A stretch of 64,000 bases of DNA from Haliotis rubra (lineage: Eukaryota): the NCBI RefSeq assembly GCF_003918875.1, contig NW_025766225.1, positions 3,100,001-3,164,000 of the forward strand, given 5' to 3'. The notes under the pieces were generated by a model, which saw nothing but the letters and a program-made list of their open reading frames with translations, made no database searches and was not told the DNA's origin. A program made the position numbers and the translations under genes. Below, piece after piece: positions 63,039 through 64,000 of this stretch (position 1 is the first letter of the stretch; each line of letters begins with the position of its first letter).

Positions 63039-63284
63039 GTGAGTGAGTGAGTTTAGTTTTACGCTGCACTCAGCAATATTCCAGCTATATGGCGACAGTC
63101 TGTAAATAATCGAGTCTGGACCAGACAATCCAGTGATCAACAGCATGAGCATCGATCTGCGCAATTGGGAACCGATGACATGTGTCAACCAAGCCAGCGA
63201 GCCTGACCAACCGATGCCGTTTGTTGCCTCTTACGACAAGCATGGGTTACTGAAGGTTCATTCTAACCCGGACCTTCACGGGTC
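63039..63284 (-). mobile_element. SINE family B, full length
   Basis: TSD ctgttcacaata; 5' end GACCCGTGAAG. Confidence 0.92.
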
Positions 63285-64000
63285 CTGTTCACAATAAGAG
63301 TGAGTGAGTGAGTGAGTGAGTGAGTGAGTGAGTGAGTGGATCAAAAACCAGATCTTTGATTAAAAGATCAAACACTTTAACCTCTACCCAACCAACCACT
63401 GATGACAATAAGTTGTACCCAACCAACCACTGACGTCTTACCTGTAAGGTCAGTTAATTAATGGGTGGGCTGGGCTAAATGATATTTTATTTGACTCGGT
63501 CTTCAGACCAGTGGGACATGTTTTAGACTGCCATCGCTCTGCATTAATTGGATTCTAGCAAGTCACATTTGATGAGCACTGAAAATTGACAATTTCTCAA
63601 CAAATGTTTTGTCCTTCATCCAAACAGCTGAATCGCTGCAGACAATGGTGTTATCAAATTCTGCTTGTAGCCTCTTCCAACAAGGGCACTAAGAGGGAAA
63701 GTTAAATGGAGAGAATAGTGGTTTACAGCGCCAATTAACAAAGATGTTGTGTAACTATCAGCACAAACGGGGGCCTACCCTGGTGGAGTGCATAGCTCCA
63801 GGCTATATCCAGGTGGGAGACACTTTGTAACACATATGACCACAATAAACATTACTTTCATGTGTTATATATCTCGTATGTCATGCTGCCATATTCCACA
63901 CGGCAACATGACATAAAAACGTGAATAATGCTCATAGAACTAGCATTTTAATACTCCCTTGGTTTAACATCAGTACAAATACGTTCTGTCTTCAACAAAG

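Noticed and set aside
49000-64000. FARP start exon (N-terminus and first FERM strands)
   Set aside because: No recognisable peptide with a phase-0 donor was found; it probably lies beyond the right edge.

Overview
Eukaryotic, intron-rich animal DNA, probably a gastropod mollusc such as abalone (inferred from the SINE families, not proven). Most of the window is one minus-strand gene, a FARP1/FARP2 (Cdep) orthologue. Its start lies beyond or unrecognised above 49 kb, and its 3' end runs off the left edge. I traced 15 exons with canonical GT-AG sites. Eight exons encode the FERM and FERM-adjacent domains (48942 to 32102). A ~3.07 kb stop-terminated exon encodes a ~1020-aa disordered tail (25321-22253) and is followed by a long TE-poor AT-rich stretch. 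Six further exons encode linker and RhoGEF (DH) sequence (6547-1926). The locus therefore seems to make a GEF-less FRMD7-like protein as well as a FERM-RhoGEF protein, and possibly a FERM-less one. Two coding +2 frameshifts both fall at TCCCCG and are probably sequencing errors. The introns carry a DIRS-like retroelement end, a decayed Tc1 (DD34E) element, a 5'-truncated RTE-X-like LINE, over 20 SINEs of at least three families and about 16 minisatellite or higher-order arrays, which explain most of the ORF track. The most intriguing non-coding signal is a SINE family with no tRNA head. Its full-length copies all start at the same base of a covarying, pseudoknot-capable RNA structure, a candidate self-cleaving ribozyme.
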